From: Leptospira sp.
GTDB taxonomy: Bacteria > Spirochaetota > Leptospiria > Leptospirales > Leptospiraceae
DNA: 64,000 bases
Assembly (NCBI GenBank): GCA_002786225.1
Contig: PEQN01000004.1
Coordinates: forward strand, 85,915 to 149,914
Reading direction: 5' to 3'
Positions 32,856-43,895 of the stretch are shown piece after piece. The notes below the pieces were generated by a model, which was not told the origin of the DNA, made no database searches, and was given only the letters and a program-made list of their open reading frames with translations. The position numbers and the translations under genes were made by a program. Position 1 is the stretch's first letter. Every line of letters starts with the position of its first letter.

Positions 32856-33323
32856 GTGAGTTCCATTTTTTTCCCTAAGAAAGGACTTAGAGTTAGAGTT
32901 GCTGCCTTGATTCGTAATTCTAAATCCGAAACCTTACTCATTCAACAAAAGAAAAGAGGTAAGGGACCTGGTTATTGGTTGCTTCCTGGTGGTGGTGTAG
33001 AATTTGGAGAGAGCGCAGAAGCAGCTCTCAAAAGAGAGTTAATGGAAGAACTTAGCTTAGAAGCTACCTCAATGGATTTCATAGCATTTAACGAGTCAAT
33101 CGATCCCATGGGCAAAAGACATCTTGTTCAATTGATCTTTCTAACAAAGGTTAAAGATTCAGTTCCTTCCTTGAATCAGGATGAGAAGGCAATTACTGGA
33201 TATGGTTATTTTAACTCAAAAGAAATTTTAGGAATGGATGTAAGACCTAATTCTAAGGAATTTCTTAAAAAGAAATCCTTTCAAACGGGTGAGTATATAA
33301 AAAGTATATGGGTGGATGAATAA
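32856..33323 (+). CDS. NUDIX hydrolase
   Basis: Nudix box GGGVEFGESAEAALKRELMEELSL. GTG start directly after the rnc stop. Confidence 0.8.
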   Translation: MSSIFFPKKGLRVRVAALIRNSKSETLLIQQKKRGKGPGYWLLPGGGVEFGESAEAALKRELMEELSLEATSMDFIAFNESIDPMGKRHLVQLIFLTKVKDSVPSLNQDEKAITGYGYFNSKEILGMDVRPNSKEFLKKKSFQTGEYIKSIWVDE

Positions 33324-34408
33324 TGTTTTTTTCTGAAATTAAAGTTAACTATAGCAACGGTGAATATCCGGTACGTATTTATAAAGATTTTCACGGTTTA
33401 AGACTTGAATTAGAAAAAATACCTAATGTATCTAGATTCATTATTATTTCAGAAAGATCCATTTCACAAACCTATAATAAATATATTGAATCAGAACTAA
33501 AGGGCTATTCTGTTCCTATTGATCAAATTTTCATTAAGGGTGGAGAGAAGAATAAGCACATCAGCCGAATGAAAAGAGTTTTCAATGAATTAATTGATTT
33601 AGGCGCTGATCGCAAATCGGTGATTATAGCCTTAGGCGGTGGAGTTGTTGGAGATTATTCTGGTTTCGTTGCTGCAACATACCAAAGAGGGATTCGTTTT
33701 ATTCAGATACCAACTACATTATTATCTTGTGTTGATTCCTCAGTCGGAGGAAAAGTTGCAGTGAATGTGGACAAGGGTAAAAATATGGTTGGTGCCTTTC
33801 ACCAGCCCGAGTTAGTTTATATACCTATGTTCGCCTTATCTACACTGCCCGAAAGGGAATGGAGTTGTGGCTTAGCTGAGATGCTGAAACATAGTTTGCT
33901 TGCGGGCGGAGAAATGTGGCAAGATTTCAAATCACACGAAAGGAAGGATATCAAAGTTGATTCTGAAATCCTTCGTAAAATGATTCTAGATTCCATTCGA
34001 TTTAAAGCATCCGTTGTCGCTCAGGATGAAAAGGAAGGTGGAATACGACAGATTTTAAATCTTGGACACACTACAGCACATGCAATAGAATCCCTTACTC
34101 GATACAAAAAGTACTCCCACGGAGAAGCTGTAGCTATTGGTTTAATCACAGCTCTGATTCTATCCAACAAAATTGGATTTAGTATTGATAAGGTGGAAAC
34201 TGTGAGTCGGATTATGGAAAAATACAATCTTCCCATTAATGATAATTCTAAGCCATCTGATATTATAAAACATATGCAGCATGATAAGAAGAAAGTAGGC
34301 AATGATTTAAAATTTGTTCTTCTTGAAGATATAGGCAAACCGAAATTTGCAGTAACAATTCATTCTAAAGAAATTCTTTCTGCACTTAAGGAACAAAGGA
34401 AATTTTAG
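33323..34408 (+). CDS. aroB: 3-dehydroquinate synthase
   Basis: ALGGGVVGDYSGFVAATYQRGIRFIQIPTTLLS, GKNMVGAFHQP and LNLGHTTAHAIE motifs. Confidence 0.9.
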   Translation: MFFSEIKVNYSNGEYPVRIYKDFHGLRLELEKIPNVSRFIIISERSISQTYNKYIESELKGYSVPIDQIFIKGGEKNKHISRMKRVFNELIDLGADRKSVIIALGGGVVGDYSGFVAATYQRGIRFIQIPTTLLSCVDSSVGGKVAVNVDKGKNMVGAFHQPELVYIPMFALSTLPEREWSCGLAEMLKHSLLAGGEMWQDFKSHERKDIKVDSEILRKMILDSIRFKASVVAQDEKEGGIRQILNLGHTTAHAIESLTRYKKYSHGEAVAIGLITALILSNKIGFSIDKVETVSRIMEKYNLPINDNSKPSDIIKHMQHDKKKVGNDLKFVLLEDIGKPKFAVTIHSKEILSALKEQRKF

Positions 34409-34409
34409 G

Positions 34410-35297
34410 ATGAAAGTTTTTGATAGATATTTAGAGCTGAATCCTTTAAACATTCTTCAGCTTAAAGAAAGAGATCTTTCTGAGAATATTATATTATTAG
34501 TATATTTTATTATATCAACCTTATTTATCTATAGAATTATTTTAGTTGTCATTGATAGGGTTAAGCCAGCTCAAGACACCATCATTCAATACAACCGACG
34601 AAAGACTGGGAGAGTCTTATATACTACTTTCTTAGTTATAGCCTTATTTCCTCTCGTATTTTCCAGTTTGAATTTTCTTCCAACTGTTTTGGGTTTGGCT
34701 GCTGCTGGTATAGTTATATCTCTTAAAGAAGTATGGCTTAATTTAGTTGGGTGGTTGGTAATTCTTGGTTCAAATGGATTTCGCGTAGGCGATAGGGTTT
34801 ATATTGATGGAATCAAAGGTGATGTGGTAAATATAGCACTTACTAAATTCTCCCTTGTTGAAGTAGTGAATGAGCCCGACTATGAGCAATCCACCAATCG
34901 CTTGGTTCATTTACCTAATAATCTTGTGATTATGCAAAAGTTTTTTGTCGTTTCGGAACGCATGGACTTTATTTGGGATGAGTTTCGTTTTAAATTAAAA
35001 ATAGATTCCAATTGGGAAAAAGCAGAAGAAATAGCGAATGAAATTTTAACAAATGAATTGGTGCTTGCTCCCGAGATCATAGAAGCTAAAATGCGTGAAC
35101 TTTCTAAAAATTATTTACTTAGGATAGGAAAGAGAACGCCCATAGTCTATGTTACAATTAAAGATGGATCTATTGAACTGTCACTTCGCTATCTAACACC
35201 AATTAGATCAAGAAGACTCAATCGAGTTCTTATTTCGAAATCTATCTTGAAAAGGTTTAAATCAGAAACGGACATAATGTTTGAGGATTCTGAATGA
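34410..35297 (+). CDS. mechanosensitive ion channel family protein (MscS-like)
   Basis: TM helices followed by the beta-domain motif GDRVYIDGIKGDVVNIALTKFSLVE. Confidence 0.75.
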   Translation: MKVFDRYLELNPLNILQLKERDLSENIILLVYFIISTLFIYRIILVVIDRVKPAQDTIIQYNRRKTGRVLYTTFLVIALFPLVFSSLNFLPTVLGLAAAGIVISLKEVWLNLVGWLVILGSNGFRVGDRVYIDGIKGDVVNIALTKFSLVEVVNEPDYEQSTNRLVHLPNNLVIMQKFFVVSERMDFIWDEFRFKLKIDSNWEKAEEIANEILTNELVLAPEIIEAKMRELSKNYLLRIGKRTPIVYVTIKDGSIELSLRYLTPIRSRRLNRVLISKSILKRFKSETDIMFEDSE

Positions 35298-36052
35298 AAT
35301 ATTTTTATTCGTATTATACATGCAAATGTTATAGCGATAATGCTATGGATTGCCTTGGAAGTTTTTGCACCTATATACTATTAGCTTTTATTTTATTTTC
35401 TCAACATAACTGTAAGGCAAATGAATTGCCGCCTGGAATTCCAGAAGGCGCAAAGTTTGATAGAAAAAAAAATCTTTATACAGCCTCAGACGAACAATTC
35501 AAGTATGTTTACTATTCTAATGGTTCATTGTATGAGAAATGTGAATACAATGAACCATCCTCGCAATTAGATGGAAGATGTGAAGCCTATCTTATGAATA
35601 CTGACCAGATTATTTCATATGGGAATTTCAAGAATGGTCGACGTGATGGATTGTGGACATGGACTTTCCCGAATGGGCAGAATTATGTAGTTCAGAATTT
35701 TGTTTATGGCAAAAAGAAAGAATTCTGGATACCAGTGGAGATATGGGGTAATGAGAATGGTCCGTATAAGAGATATTATCCGAATGGAAACTTAGATGAA
35801 GAAGGTAGTTTCGATACTGGAGAAAAATCAGGTTATTGGAAGAAATATTATCCTAATGGCTCTTTAGAATATTCAGGTAATTATCTTAAATCAAAAAAAA
35901 TTCTAGAATGGAAATACAATTATCCAAATGGCAAACTGGAAGCCAAAGAAAGTTATGACCAAGTTGGTGAATTATTAGAACGTACTACTTACTATCCGAG
36001 TGGAGATGTCTGGTGTATTTCGAAATCGTCAAAGCAGGTAATCTGCAATTAA
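35294..36052 (+). CDS. MORN-variant (YwqK-type) repeat protein, probably exported
   Basis: Repeated YYPNG.L...G.Y..G.K.G.W units. ATG 35294 overlaps the mscS stop. Alternative ATG 35345 would give signal peptide MDCLGSFCTYILLAFILFSQHNC. Confidence 0.7.
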   Translation: MKYFYSYYTCKCYSDNAMDCLGSFCTYILLAFILFSQHNCKANELPPGIPEGAKFDRKKNLYTASDEQFKYVYYSNGSLYEKCEYNEPSSQLDGRCEAYLMNTDQIISYGNFKNGRRDGLWTWTFPNGQNYVVQNFVYGKKKEFWIPVEIWGNENGPYKRYYPNGNLDEEGSFDTGEKSGYWKKYYPNGSLEYSGNYLKSKKILEWKYNYPNGKLEAKESYDQVGELLERTTYYPSGDVWCISKSSKQVICN

Positions 36053-36053
36053 A

Positions 36054-36305
36054 ATGACTTCTTTTTTGTTTTGCTTTTTATTCTTCAGCTCTATTGCTTA
36101 CAATCTATCCATCTATTATTTGACTGATCCTTCACCAAATAGCTTTTGGAAAATGAGTTCAGTATATAGTATTCTTACATTAGGATATATTTCTCTATTG
36201 AAGGCTAGAGTTCCTAATGCTAATTATGTTTTTATAATATTTACTTATCTTGCAATTTATTTTGTTGTAAATAATTTTCTTAAAATTCTGCAGATTTCTC
36301 TATAA
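36054..36305 (+). CDS. hypothetical small membrane protein
   Basis: 83 aa and hydrophobic. Starts 2 nt after the previous stop, but its 3' end overlaps the convergent gene by 26 nt, so it may not be real. Confidence 0.35.
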   Translation: MTSFLFCFLFFSSIAYNLSIYYLTDPSPNSFWKMSSVYSILTLGYISLLKARVPNANYVFIIFTYLAIYFVVNNFLKILQISL

Positions 36306-37311
36306 TTCCTAAATTTGGATTCTTTAAAGCATCAGAATTCAAAACAAGTATCATAAAGAGAACGGAAACAAAAATGATAAGGAGTAAGGTTGCTCCTATT
36401 CCCATCGCAAGATTTTTCAAGAATTTGTATTGCAAGTAGGAAACCGATGCAAGTATTCCCTGCCATTTAGAATTAATATTTTCTTTAGAGAGATAGTAGT
36501 AGTTTCTGATATAGAAAACACAAAGTGCAAAGACCATAAATAATAAGAGAATCGTGAATTCGTTTGAATAATGCTTTTGTAAGAGAAAGAGAGGAATATA
36601 GAAAAAATTTCCAAGTAACAAACCAACTAATATAATAATTGTAAAGTGATAAGCCATTCGGAAAGGACGAACTTCTACTGTTTGGGTTGGTTTCTTCCCT
36701 TCTTCGTCTAACTCTGAAGTATGTTTCAATATTTCATACGTAAGTTTATTTTTCTTTTGGCGATTGATAGATTTGTAGCTAAATATTAAAAATATGAATT
36801 GTAACAAAAAATAAATGCTAAGAAAAATTGCAAGACTACTTACTGTGACAAAAGCTAAAGACTTCATCAAATGGGAAAAGGTAAAAATAAGACCTATCCA
36901 ATGTAAGGTTTTATTTAATGTAATAGAAAACCAAGTATTTGCTATCCAAGAAACATAGGAAGAAATACAAAGTACAATTAGAAATATTAAGAAACTTATA
37001 AGTAATTTCTGTCCAAAGATAATTCTAGATAATCTTTCAATTGTACTTTCAGGAACACCATCTTGGGGAATAATAGAAATATCCAATTCTTCTTTCATAT
37101 TCTTTAGATCATTTAACCGAAGCAAAGGACCTTTGCGAATACTCCATGAACTATTGTTCACTGCTTCTTGTTCCGATTCCATAAGAATTTCTAGTGGTTG
37201 CATATCGGAATTAGGATACCGAAACTCTAAATCTAAAAAAAGCAATTGAGCAAAGAAGATAAAAAGTATCCAAGGTGTGATATTGGGAAAAAAATTAAAA
37301 TACTGTTTCAT
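36280..37311 (-). CDS. hypothetical polytopic membrane protein
   Basis: 343 aa with several long hydrophobic helices and one charged loop (SINRQKKNKLTYEILKHTSELDEEGKKPTQ). No family recognised. Confidence 0.55.
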   Translation of the reverse strand: MKQYFNFFPNITPWILFIFFAQLLFLDLEFRYPNSDMQPLEILMESEQEAVNNSSWSIRKGPLLRLNDLKNMKEELDISIIPQDGVPESTIERLSRIIFGQKLLISFLIFLIVLCISSYVSWIANTWFSITLNKTLHWIGLIFTFSHLMKSLAFVTVSSLAIFLSIYFLLQFIFLIFSYKSINRQKKNKLTYEILKHTSELDEEGKKPTQTVEVRPFRMAYHFTIIILVGLLLGNFFYIPLFLLQKHYSNEFTILLLFMVFALCVFYIRNYYYLSKENINSKWQGILASVSYLQYKFLKNLAMGIGATLLLIIFVSVLFMILVLNSDALKNPNLGIIEKSAEF

Positions 37312-37322
37312 GAAAGAGATCC

Positions 37323-38291
37323 TTAAATAAAAAATACAACGAGTAAAATTCCAAATGCAATCAAAGCAGCAATGCCTATGGCATAGAAGAATAAGCTACT
37401 GTCTGTTTTGAGGGCTTCAATATTCTTTTCAATATCATTGATATTTTTTTTGGCAGTAGACCTGGATTCTGCCATAGAAGTTTTTACCTTAACTGTATTT
37501 ACTTCTTCGAGCAGCTTTGAGTATATATTTTCTGAAATTTTGATAATGATTTCCGATTCAGAACCATTGTGTGCAATCTTATGAATCTGAGCTTGGATAG
37601 GTTTAATTGATCCATCTTCTTCTTTTAGATTCATAGTCTGAATGGTTTCATTCGTTGTTGGATCGGAAGGATTGAGTCGAACGACAATCTTTGATCCAAA
37701 GGTAAGACTGGAAACGGGTATACCTGAAACGGGAGATAATTGTAATTTGCACTGAACAAGACGAGAGCCAGGTGGAATATCCGTTGCTGCATTCGTTAAA
37801 TCAGGATTGTTATTTTTAGCATTGGGATCGATTGAATCTAAGTCTTCCGAACTATTTGTATCCTCGTATTCCCCTATTGTTATTGTATCGAGTGAAATTT
37901 CAATTTGGTGATTGCTTACTCCAGCTGCTTTACTAATAATATTTCCTAAGAGGTAGGCAACTTTTACTTTATCATTTGTTTCACAATAATGCAAGATTTC
38001 TTCTCGAAAACCTTCACTGCTAAGAGATGATTTAAATTGGTCATTGAGTGTTTTTGTGATAACTTTGAGGTGCTGGCCTTCATAAATTGTTTTCTGAATT
38101 TTGGAAGAAATCCCTTTTGGTGGAAGTTCTAGTGATTTTTGTAGAATAGAGTTCTGAGAGGAAGATAGAACTTCTAAGTTAAATAACCTTCCTGATTTAA
38201 GATCTAATAAAATGACCCCAAGGTTATAAATTTTAGAATCGTCATTGCTTGAAATAAATCTAATGCAAAATAACTGGTCATTCTGACCCAT
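37323..38291 (-). CDS. hypothetical protein with C-terminal TM anchor
   Basis: 322 aa. Soluble body, a coiled-coil-like segment, then a terminal helix FFYAIGIAALIAFGILLVVFFI. Sits 11 nt upstream of the 343-aa membrane protein gene. Confidence 0.55.
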   Translation of the reverse strand: MGQNDQLFCIRFISSNDDSKIYNLGVILLDLKSGRLFNLEVLSSSQNSILQKSLELPPKGISSKIQKTIYEGQHLKVITKTLNDQFKSSLSSEGFREEILHYCETNDKVKVAYLLGNIISKAAGVSNHQIEISLDTITIGEYEDTNSSEDLDSIDPNAKNNNPDLTNAATDIPPGSRLVQCKLQLSPVSGIPVSSLTFGSKIVVRLNPSDPTTNETIQTMNLKEEDGSIKPIQAQIHKIAHNGSESEIIIKISENIYSKLLEEVNTVKVKTSMAESRSTAKKNINDIEKNIEALKTDSSLFFYAIGIAALIAFGILLVVFFI

Positions 38292-38362
38292 GATAAATTT
38301 CCTTATGTTTTGGTATGCTTCGTAAAACCATTTAAATTACAGTCTGTAAATAATAAATAATC

Positions 38363-38390
38363 TTGTCAAAAAGGATTGTGTTTCTAAATT
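38363..38390 (+). promoter_or_regulatory. candidate sigma70-type promoter for the lolC/E-like gene
   Basis: TTGTCA, 16-nt spacer, TAAATT, ending 16 nt before ATG 38407. AT-rich context makes chance matches likely. Confidence 0.3.
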
Positions 38391-38406
38391 AGAAATACCT
38401 TTTCTA

Positions 38407-39759
38407 ATGAATCTAGTTCTTCTCATCACATCTCGTTATATTCGCGGTTCTCGCGTGGTCGGTCTACTTTCCATGAAATCTCGTTTGTCATTTATTGTAA
38501 TGACTGTCGGTGTTTCTCTCTTGATTGTAGTTTTATCCATTTTTAATGGATTCCAGAAACAAGTCAAAGAATCCCTCTGGCAAGGTGGACCTCACATCAC
38601 CGTTGAGAATACTTTTGACACAGGCGCTATTTATCGATACAATGAAATCATAGAGATACTCAAGAATCATCCTTCTTTGAAAGGAAGAATATCCTCTATA
38701 GAGGGGAATATCACAAGTCATGGACTCTTGCAGAATAGTAATAATTTTATCCCCATTATGATACGGGCTGTTCCTATTTTGTCCGATGAGGATTTACTTG
38801 AGAACCGTCTCCCGAATTTTCCAAGATTAACCCACTACAACCGTGATACAATCACCAGCCTAAATACCCAAAGAGTTGTAGTTATTGGTAAAGAAATGGC
38901 AAATCTTTACCATTTTGGTCTTGGTCGAAAGATGACCATGGCAGTTCCTGGTGGAAGATTCTCTGTAGGGCGTGGAGTTGAAGTCAATGTGAAAGACTTT
39001 CAGGTTGTAGGTTATTTCAAGACAGGATATTATAATTACGATAGTCGCTTTGTGTTCATGTCTCTACCTTTAGCTCAAGAATTCTTTCGACTGAAAGATT
39101 CTGTTAATCAAATATCTGTTAAGGTAAATGCCTTAGATGATTTGCGAGAAATTAAAAATATTATCTTAAACATTTTAAATGATTCTTCTATAGATATAAA
39201 AATTCGAGAGGCTCACTCATTTTCTGTAAGAACTCTCGCAGAAGAACAAGAAAATTTTCTTGCTGCACTTAAATTAGAAAAGACCATTATCTCTATTATT
39301 GTTTTTCTTTTTATTGTCTTAGCTGCTCTGGGTATGGTTGCAACTGTTTATTCTTTAGTTAGGGCAAAGAGAAAATCAATCGGAACTTTAAAAGCCTTAG
39401 GCTTACCATCCAGAGATATTCTTTTGATATTTACCTTAAATGCTATGATAGTTGGTTTCTTAGCATCTATTTCTGGTGGTATTATGGGAATTTTCTTTGC
39501 ATCTAACTTGGAATCCATAGTAAGTGGCTTAAGTGAGATGATCAATCTAATAGGTTCTACTGTTTATAGTGCTGAATGGCGAAATGTGGAACTTGTTCCT
39601 AAAGATATTTATTATTTTGATCACATTCCAGTCGATATAGATATTTCTTTTATATTTATGGTAACAACAGCAGCTACTATACTTTCTGGAATAGCAGGAT
39701 ATTTTCCTGCAAGATGGGCTGCACTTTTAAATCCAGTGGATACTATTCGTAATGACTGA
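38407..39759 (+). CDS. lipoprotein-release ABC transporter permease (LolC/LolE/LolF family, FtsX fold)
   Basis: N-terminus [10 protein letters not shown]...[23 protein letters not shown] matches the LolC/E pattern. Large periplasmic domain and C-terminal FtsX TM bundle. Confidence 0.85.
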   Translation: MNLVLLITSRYIRGSRVVGLLSMKSRLSFIVMTVGVSLLIVVLSIFNGFQKQVKESLWQGGPHITVENTFDTGAIYRYNEIIEILKNHPSLKGRISSIEGNITSHGLLQNSNNFIPIMIRAVPILSDEDLLENRLPNFPRLTHYNRDTITSLNTQRVVVIGKEMANLYHFGLGRKMTMAVPGGRFSVGRGVEVNVKDFQVVGYFKTGYYNYDSRFVFMSLPLAQEFFRLKDSVNQISVKVNALDDLREIKNIILNILNDSSIDIKIREAHSFSVRTLAEEQENFLAALKLEKTIISIIVFLFIVLAALGMVATVYSLVRAKRKSIGTLKALGLPSRDILLIFTLNAMIVGFLASISGGIMGIFFASNLESIVSGLSEMINLIGSTVYSAEWRNVELVPKDIYYFDHIPVDIDISFIFMVTTAATILSGIAGYFPARWAALLNPVDTIRND

Positions 39760-40456
39760 AGTAAATAAATCTAACCAGAAATGGATCATACGTGTTGAAG
39801 ATTTGGTTAAGTCATACCAAGTTGTAGATAAGAGCTTTCAAATATTACAAGGTTTGAATCTTTTTGTTGGGCCAAAAGAAATTGTCTCCATTGAAGGATC
39901 AAGTGGAGTTGGTAAATCAACTCTCTTAAATATACTTGGAGCTATGGATTCCTACGATTCAGGAATAGTTGAGGTGTGTGGAGTAAATCTAAAATCTTTA
40001 ACTGAAAGACAAAAGGAATTATTCCGCGGAGAAAAGATTTCCATTATTTTTCAGCAACATATGCTTCTTCCTGATTTCACTGCTCTTGAAAACGTCATGA
40101 TTCCTATGATGATATCAGGTCAAAGTAAAACTAAAGCCAAAGAAAAAGCTTCCGCAATACTTGGGCGAGTTGGCTTAGGGGAGAGACTTGCTTCATTTCC
40201 AGGCCAACTTTCTGGAGGAGAATCAGCAAGAGTGGGTGTAGCTAGAGCCTTGGTTAACGGCAAAGAACTTGTATTAGCTGATGAACCGACTGGTAATCTA
40301 GATCGTGAAAATTCTCGTATGCTAATGGATCTTATTCGCGAGTTGCAAGATGAGATGGCTTTTTCCTTAATTTTGGTAACTCACGACATGGAGCTTGCAT
40401 CCATGGCACATAAAAGAAATAAAATTCTATCCGGAGTCCTTCAGCCATTTGCCTAA
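39752..40456 (+). CDS. lolD: lipoprotein-release ABC transporter ATP-binding protein
   Basis: Walker [10 protein letters not shown], signature LSGGESARV, Walker B LVLADEPT. Overlaps the permease gene by 8 nt. Confidence 0.9.
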   Translation: MTEVNKSNQKWIIRVEDLVKSYQVVDKSFQILQGLNLFVGPKEIVSIEGSSGVGKSTLLNILGAMDSYDSGIVEVCGVNLKSLTERQKELFRGEKISIIFQQHMLLPDFTALENVMIPMMISGQSKTKAKEKASAILGRVGLGERLASFPGQLSGGESARVGVARALVNGKELVLADEPTGNLDRENSRMLMDLIRELQDEMAFSLILVTHDMELASMAHKRNKILSGVLQPFA

Positions 40457-41282
40457 GCATTGCGCTTATTGTGGATTGTCTTTAGATCAATTTGTTGTTT
40501 ATGGAAAGTTTGGTTGTGAGTATTGCGTAGATTTTCTAAAACAACATGCTTTCATTTATGAAAGAGCTCTCTCTAGAATTCCAGACCAAATTTTTGAAAT
40601 TCCCGAAAGCTATCTCTCGGAAACAAGAAATAAATTTCAAAGTTTAAAACATGATGATCACAAGCCTTTGTTTGTCTCAACTAGGTACAGAATCGCGAGA
40701 AATTTCAAGAAACATATATTTCCTTTCTTTAGGAAGGATACAAATTACGAAGAATCTGTATTGACTCGAAGTTTTGATCTTTTAGGCAAGTTTAGCAACC
40801 TATCCCCGCACATTCGTTTTGCTAATTTAATCAATGAGAGAGATTGGCAGGGAAATTTTATTCTTGGTGATGAAGATGGAATTCGTTTTGAACTCATTCA
40901 CAAGCAGGAGATCTATCTTCAAAAAGGTAGATCCTCTTGGGTATCTTTTCATTTCCCTGGAAAATTCCATAAATTGCTCCATTTTTTTAGGAATCCAAAC
41001 TTGTTTTGCCATAGAATGGACTGGGGTTATTTGAATTCTTGTCCGACAAATGCAAAAAGAGCTGATAGAATTAGCATACAATTTTCCACATCTGCCACTA
41101 AAGTTGATTGGGACTCAGTAAGCGAAGAAAGGAACTGGGATCTGGGATTTGAGGAAAATGGTATAAGATTTGCAGGTAAAGAATTGAAAAATCTAGAATT
41201 GAGTCTTACTTTTTCTGTAAAAAATTTCACGAGGAAAAGAAAAAATCATTTCCTCTCATCGGTGAATTCCATAGTTTTATAA
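40395..41282 (+). CDS. McsA-type zinc finger fused to short McsB-like (ATP:guanidino phosphotransferase) domain
   Basis: CAYCG-x14-CEYC finger, then [19 protein letters not shown] and [16 protein letters not shown] in the order of the McsB landmarks. The start is uncertain: ATG 40395 overlaps lolD by 62 nt, and TTG 40449 would give MPKHCAYCG. Confidence 0.65.
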   Translation: MHPWHIKEIKFYPESFSHLPKHCAYCGLSLDQFVVYGKFGCEYCVDFLKQHAFIYERALSRIPDQIFEIPESYLSETRNKFQSLKHDDHKPLFVSTRYRIARNFKKHIFPFFRKDTNYEESVLTRSFDLLGKFSNLSPHIRFANLINERDWQGNFILGDEDGIRFELIHKQEIYLQKGRSSWVSFHFPGKFHKLLHFFRNPNLFCHRMDWGYLNSCPTNAKRADRISIQFSTSATKVDWDSVSEERNWDLGFEENGIRFAGKELKNLELSLTFSVKNFTRKRKNHFLSSVNSIVL

Positions 41283-41344
41283 GAAGAGAAAGAAAATCAT
41301 TCTATTTTCATATTTCGTCTAATATATTAAAGGGAAGGGACAAT

Positions 41345-43894
41345 ATGCTAGAGTTTACAAAAAGAGCAAAACGAGTAATCAATGAAATCGCTCAAGATGA
41401 AGCCAAGCGATTGGGCAGTGACTTCATAGGTCCAGAACATATACTGCTAGGTTTATTAAAAGAAGAGGACTCTGTTGCTATAAAAATCCTTACTAATTTG
41501 AATATCAATCTCAGTGAACTAAGAAGAGAGGTTGAGAAGAGAACCCGTGAAGGTTCTGGAGCACTTTTATTGGACGCAGCCCAAGGCCAGGATAAATACC
41601 AAAAGATGATCGATGTTTCCAAAGAAGAAGCAAAAAGATTGAAGCATAACTATGTAGGAACAGAACACATCCTTCTTGCTCTCTTAAGAGATAATAACAA
41701 TATTGCTGGTGGATCCCTATCTTCTTTTAGTGTGAACTACAATGTAATCAAATCAGAAATCTTGCGACTCTTAGGTGCACCACCAGCATCTGCAGTGGGA
41801 GCGGGAACCACTCCAAATCCAAGTGCTGGACCTACTGCACCTAGAACGGAAAAATCAAAAACACCAATATTAGATGAATTCGCTCGCGATCTAACTCAAT
41901 TAGCCAGAGAAAAGAAATTGGATCCAGTGATAGGTCGAGCCAAAGAGATTGAACGTGTGATTCAAATTCTATCTCGTAAGACCAAGAACAATCCCGTTTT
42001 AATTGGAGAGTCTGGTGTTGGTAAGACAGCAATCGTAGAAGGTCTTGCCTCTGCTGTAGTTGATAAGCTGGTTCCTGATTTACTCTTCGAAAAAAGAGTA
42101 CTTTCCCTAGATTTAGCAAGTCTTATTGCAGGAACTAAGTATAGAGGTGAGTTCGAAGAGAGATTGAAGAAAATCATGAAGGAAATTGTGAGTTCTTCCA
42201 ATATTATAATCTTTATTGATGAACTTCATACTTTAATCGGAGCAGGTGCAGCTGAGGGTGCAGTCGATGCTGCAAATATTTTGAAGCCAGCCCTTGCTCG
42301 AGGTGAATTGCAATGCATAGGTGCAACTACTATCAATGAATACCGAAAGTATATTGAAAAAGATTCTGCTCTCGAAAGAAGATTCCAAACTGTTAAAGTG
42401 GATGAACCTTCCGTTGATGATGCAATCCTCATTTTAACCGGATTGAAGAAAGCATATGAAGTTCACCATAAGGTTCGTTATTCGGCTAAGGCCTTAGAAC
42501 AAGCAGTTCGTATGTCCCACCGCTACATAAATGATAGATATTTGCCAGATAAGGCAATTGATATTATAGATGAAGCAGGTGCAAAAGCAAGACTAGCCAA
42601 TTGCCAAAGACCAGCTGAAATCAAAGAAATTGAAGAAGAAATAAAACAACTTTCCGTTAAGAAAGAAGACCTAGTCCGCGCACAAGAATATGAGAAAGCT
42701 GCAAGCATTAGAGACGAAGTTAATAATAAAAAGCAAGAACTGGAAGATAAGACGAAACAGTGGCAAGAAAAGATGGATGGCTATGCTGTAAACATTGAAG
42801 AAGAAGACATTCTTACGATTGTATCAGCTTGGACAGGCATTCCATTGAATCGTATGGAAGAAAATGAGAACCAGAAACTGCTCAACATTGAAGCTTACCT
42901 AACCAAAAGAGTTGTGGGTCAAACAGAAGCTATTGAGAAGATCGGACGTTCTGTTCGTAGGTCAAGAACTGGTCTTAAGAGTGAGAAACGACCAACAGGT
43001 TCTTTCATCTTCCTCGGACCAACTGGTGTTGGTAAGACTGAGCTTGCTAAGGCTTTAGCTGAACAACTTTTCGGTTCTGATGATAAAATGCTAAGAGTCG
43101 ATATGTCCGAGTATATGGAACCGCATTCTGTTAGCCGATTGATTGGAGCGCCTCCAGGTTATATTGGTTATGATGATGGTGGTCAGTTAACTGAGTTTGT
43201 AAGAAGAAAGCCTTATTCTATCATTCTATTAGATGAGATAGAAAAGGCTCATCATGATGTATTCAATATTCTTTTGCAGATCATGGAAGAAGGCAACCTA
43301 ACGGATTCTAAGGGACGTAAGGTTAATTTCCGGGATACAATTTTGATCATGACATCCAATATTGCTGCCAAGGAAATTTCCAAGGGTGGAAGATTGGGAT
43401 TTGAAGATTTTGCCCATGAAAATGAAAAATATAAGACAGAACAAGCTCGTGAACAGTTGAAAAAACATTTTTCACCAGAATTCTTGAACCGTGTTGATGA
43501 AGTTGTTTACTTTCAACCACTTCAGAAAGAATTCATCGTGCAAATTGTTGATATCATGCTTTTGGATTTCAACAAGAGATTGCATGAGAAAAAGATTAAG
43601 GTAGAACTAACTCTGGCGGCCAAAGAGCATTTTGCAGAAATAGGCTATGACCAAGCATATGGAGCAAGGCCTTTACGAAGAGTGTTCCAAAGAGAATTAG
43701 AAGATTATCTTGCTACTGAATCTTTGAAAGGTAGCTATGAAAACCCAGCTATCGTTGCTATGGATTATGTAGATGGCAAATTTATTTATGAAAATAAACC
43801 TTGGGATGACTACAAACTTGCGAGCTCTACTCAGAAAGATGAGCCAGAACAAAACAATGGTTCCGAACCAGAGAAGGAGATAGCACTGGTATAA
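41345..43894 (+). CDS. clpC: ATP-dependent Clp protease ATP-binding subunit ClpC (class I AAA+)
   Basis: Two Clp_N repeats ([18 protein letters not shown]), Walker A GESGVGKT and GPTGVGKTE, and a UVR-like linker ([14 protein letters not shown]). Confidence 0.93.
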   Translation: MLEFTKRAKRVINEIAQDEAKRLGSDFIGPEHILLGLLKEEDSVAIKILTNLNINLSELRREVEKRTREGSGALLLDAAQGQDKYQKMIDVSKEEAKRLKHNYVGTEHILLALLRDNNNIAGGSLSSFSVNYNVIKSEILRLLGAPPASAVGAGTTPNPSAGPTAPRTEKSKTPILDEFARDLTQLAREKKLDPVIGRAKEIERVIQILSRKTKNNPVLIGESGVGKTAIVEGLASAVVDKLVPDLLFEKRVLSLDLASLIAGTKYRGEFEERLKKIMKEIVSSSNIIIFIDELHTLIGAGAAEGAVDAANILKPALARGELQCIGATTINEYRKYIEKDSALERRFQTVKVDEPSVDDAILILTGLKKAYEVHHKVRYSAKALEQAVRMSHRYINDRYLPDKAIDIIDEAGAKARLANCQRPAEIKEIEEEIKQLSVKKEDLVRAQEYEKAASIRDEVNNKKQELEDKTKQWQEKMDGYAVNIEEEDILTIVSAWTGIPLNRMEENENQKLLNIEAYLTKRVVGQTEAIEKIGRSVRRSRTGLKSEKRPTGSFIFLGPTGVGKTELAKALAEQLFGSDDKMLRVDMSEYMEPHSVSRLIGAPPGYIGYDDGGQLTEFVRRKPYSIILLDEIEKAHHDVFNILLQIMEEGNLTDSKGRKVNFRDTILIMTSNIAAKEISKGGRLGFEDFAHENEKYKTEQAREQLKKHFSPEFLNRVDEVVYFQPLQKEFIVQIVDIMLLDFNKRLHEKKIKVELTLAAKEHFAEIGYDQAYGARPLRRVFQRELEDYLATESLKGSYENPAIVAMDYVDGKFIYENKPWDDYKLASSTQKDEPEQNNGSEPEKEIALV

Positions 43895-43895
43895 G

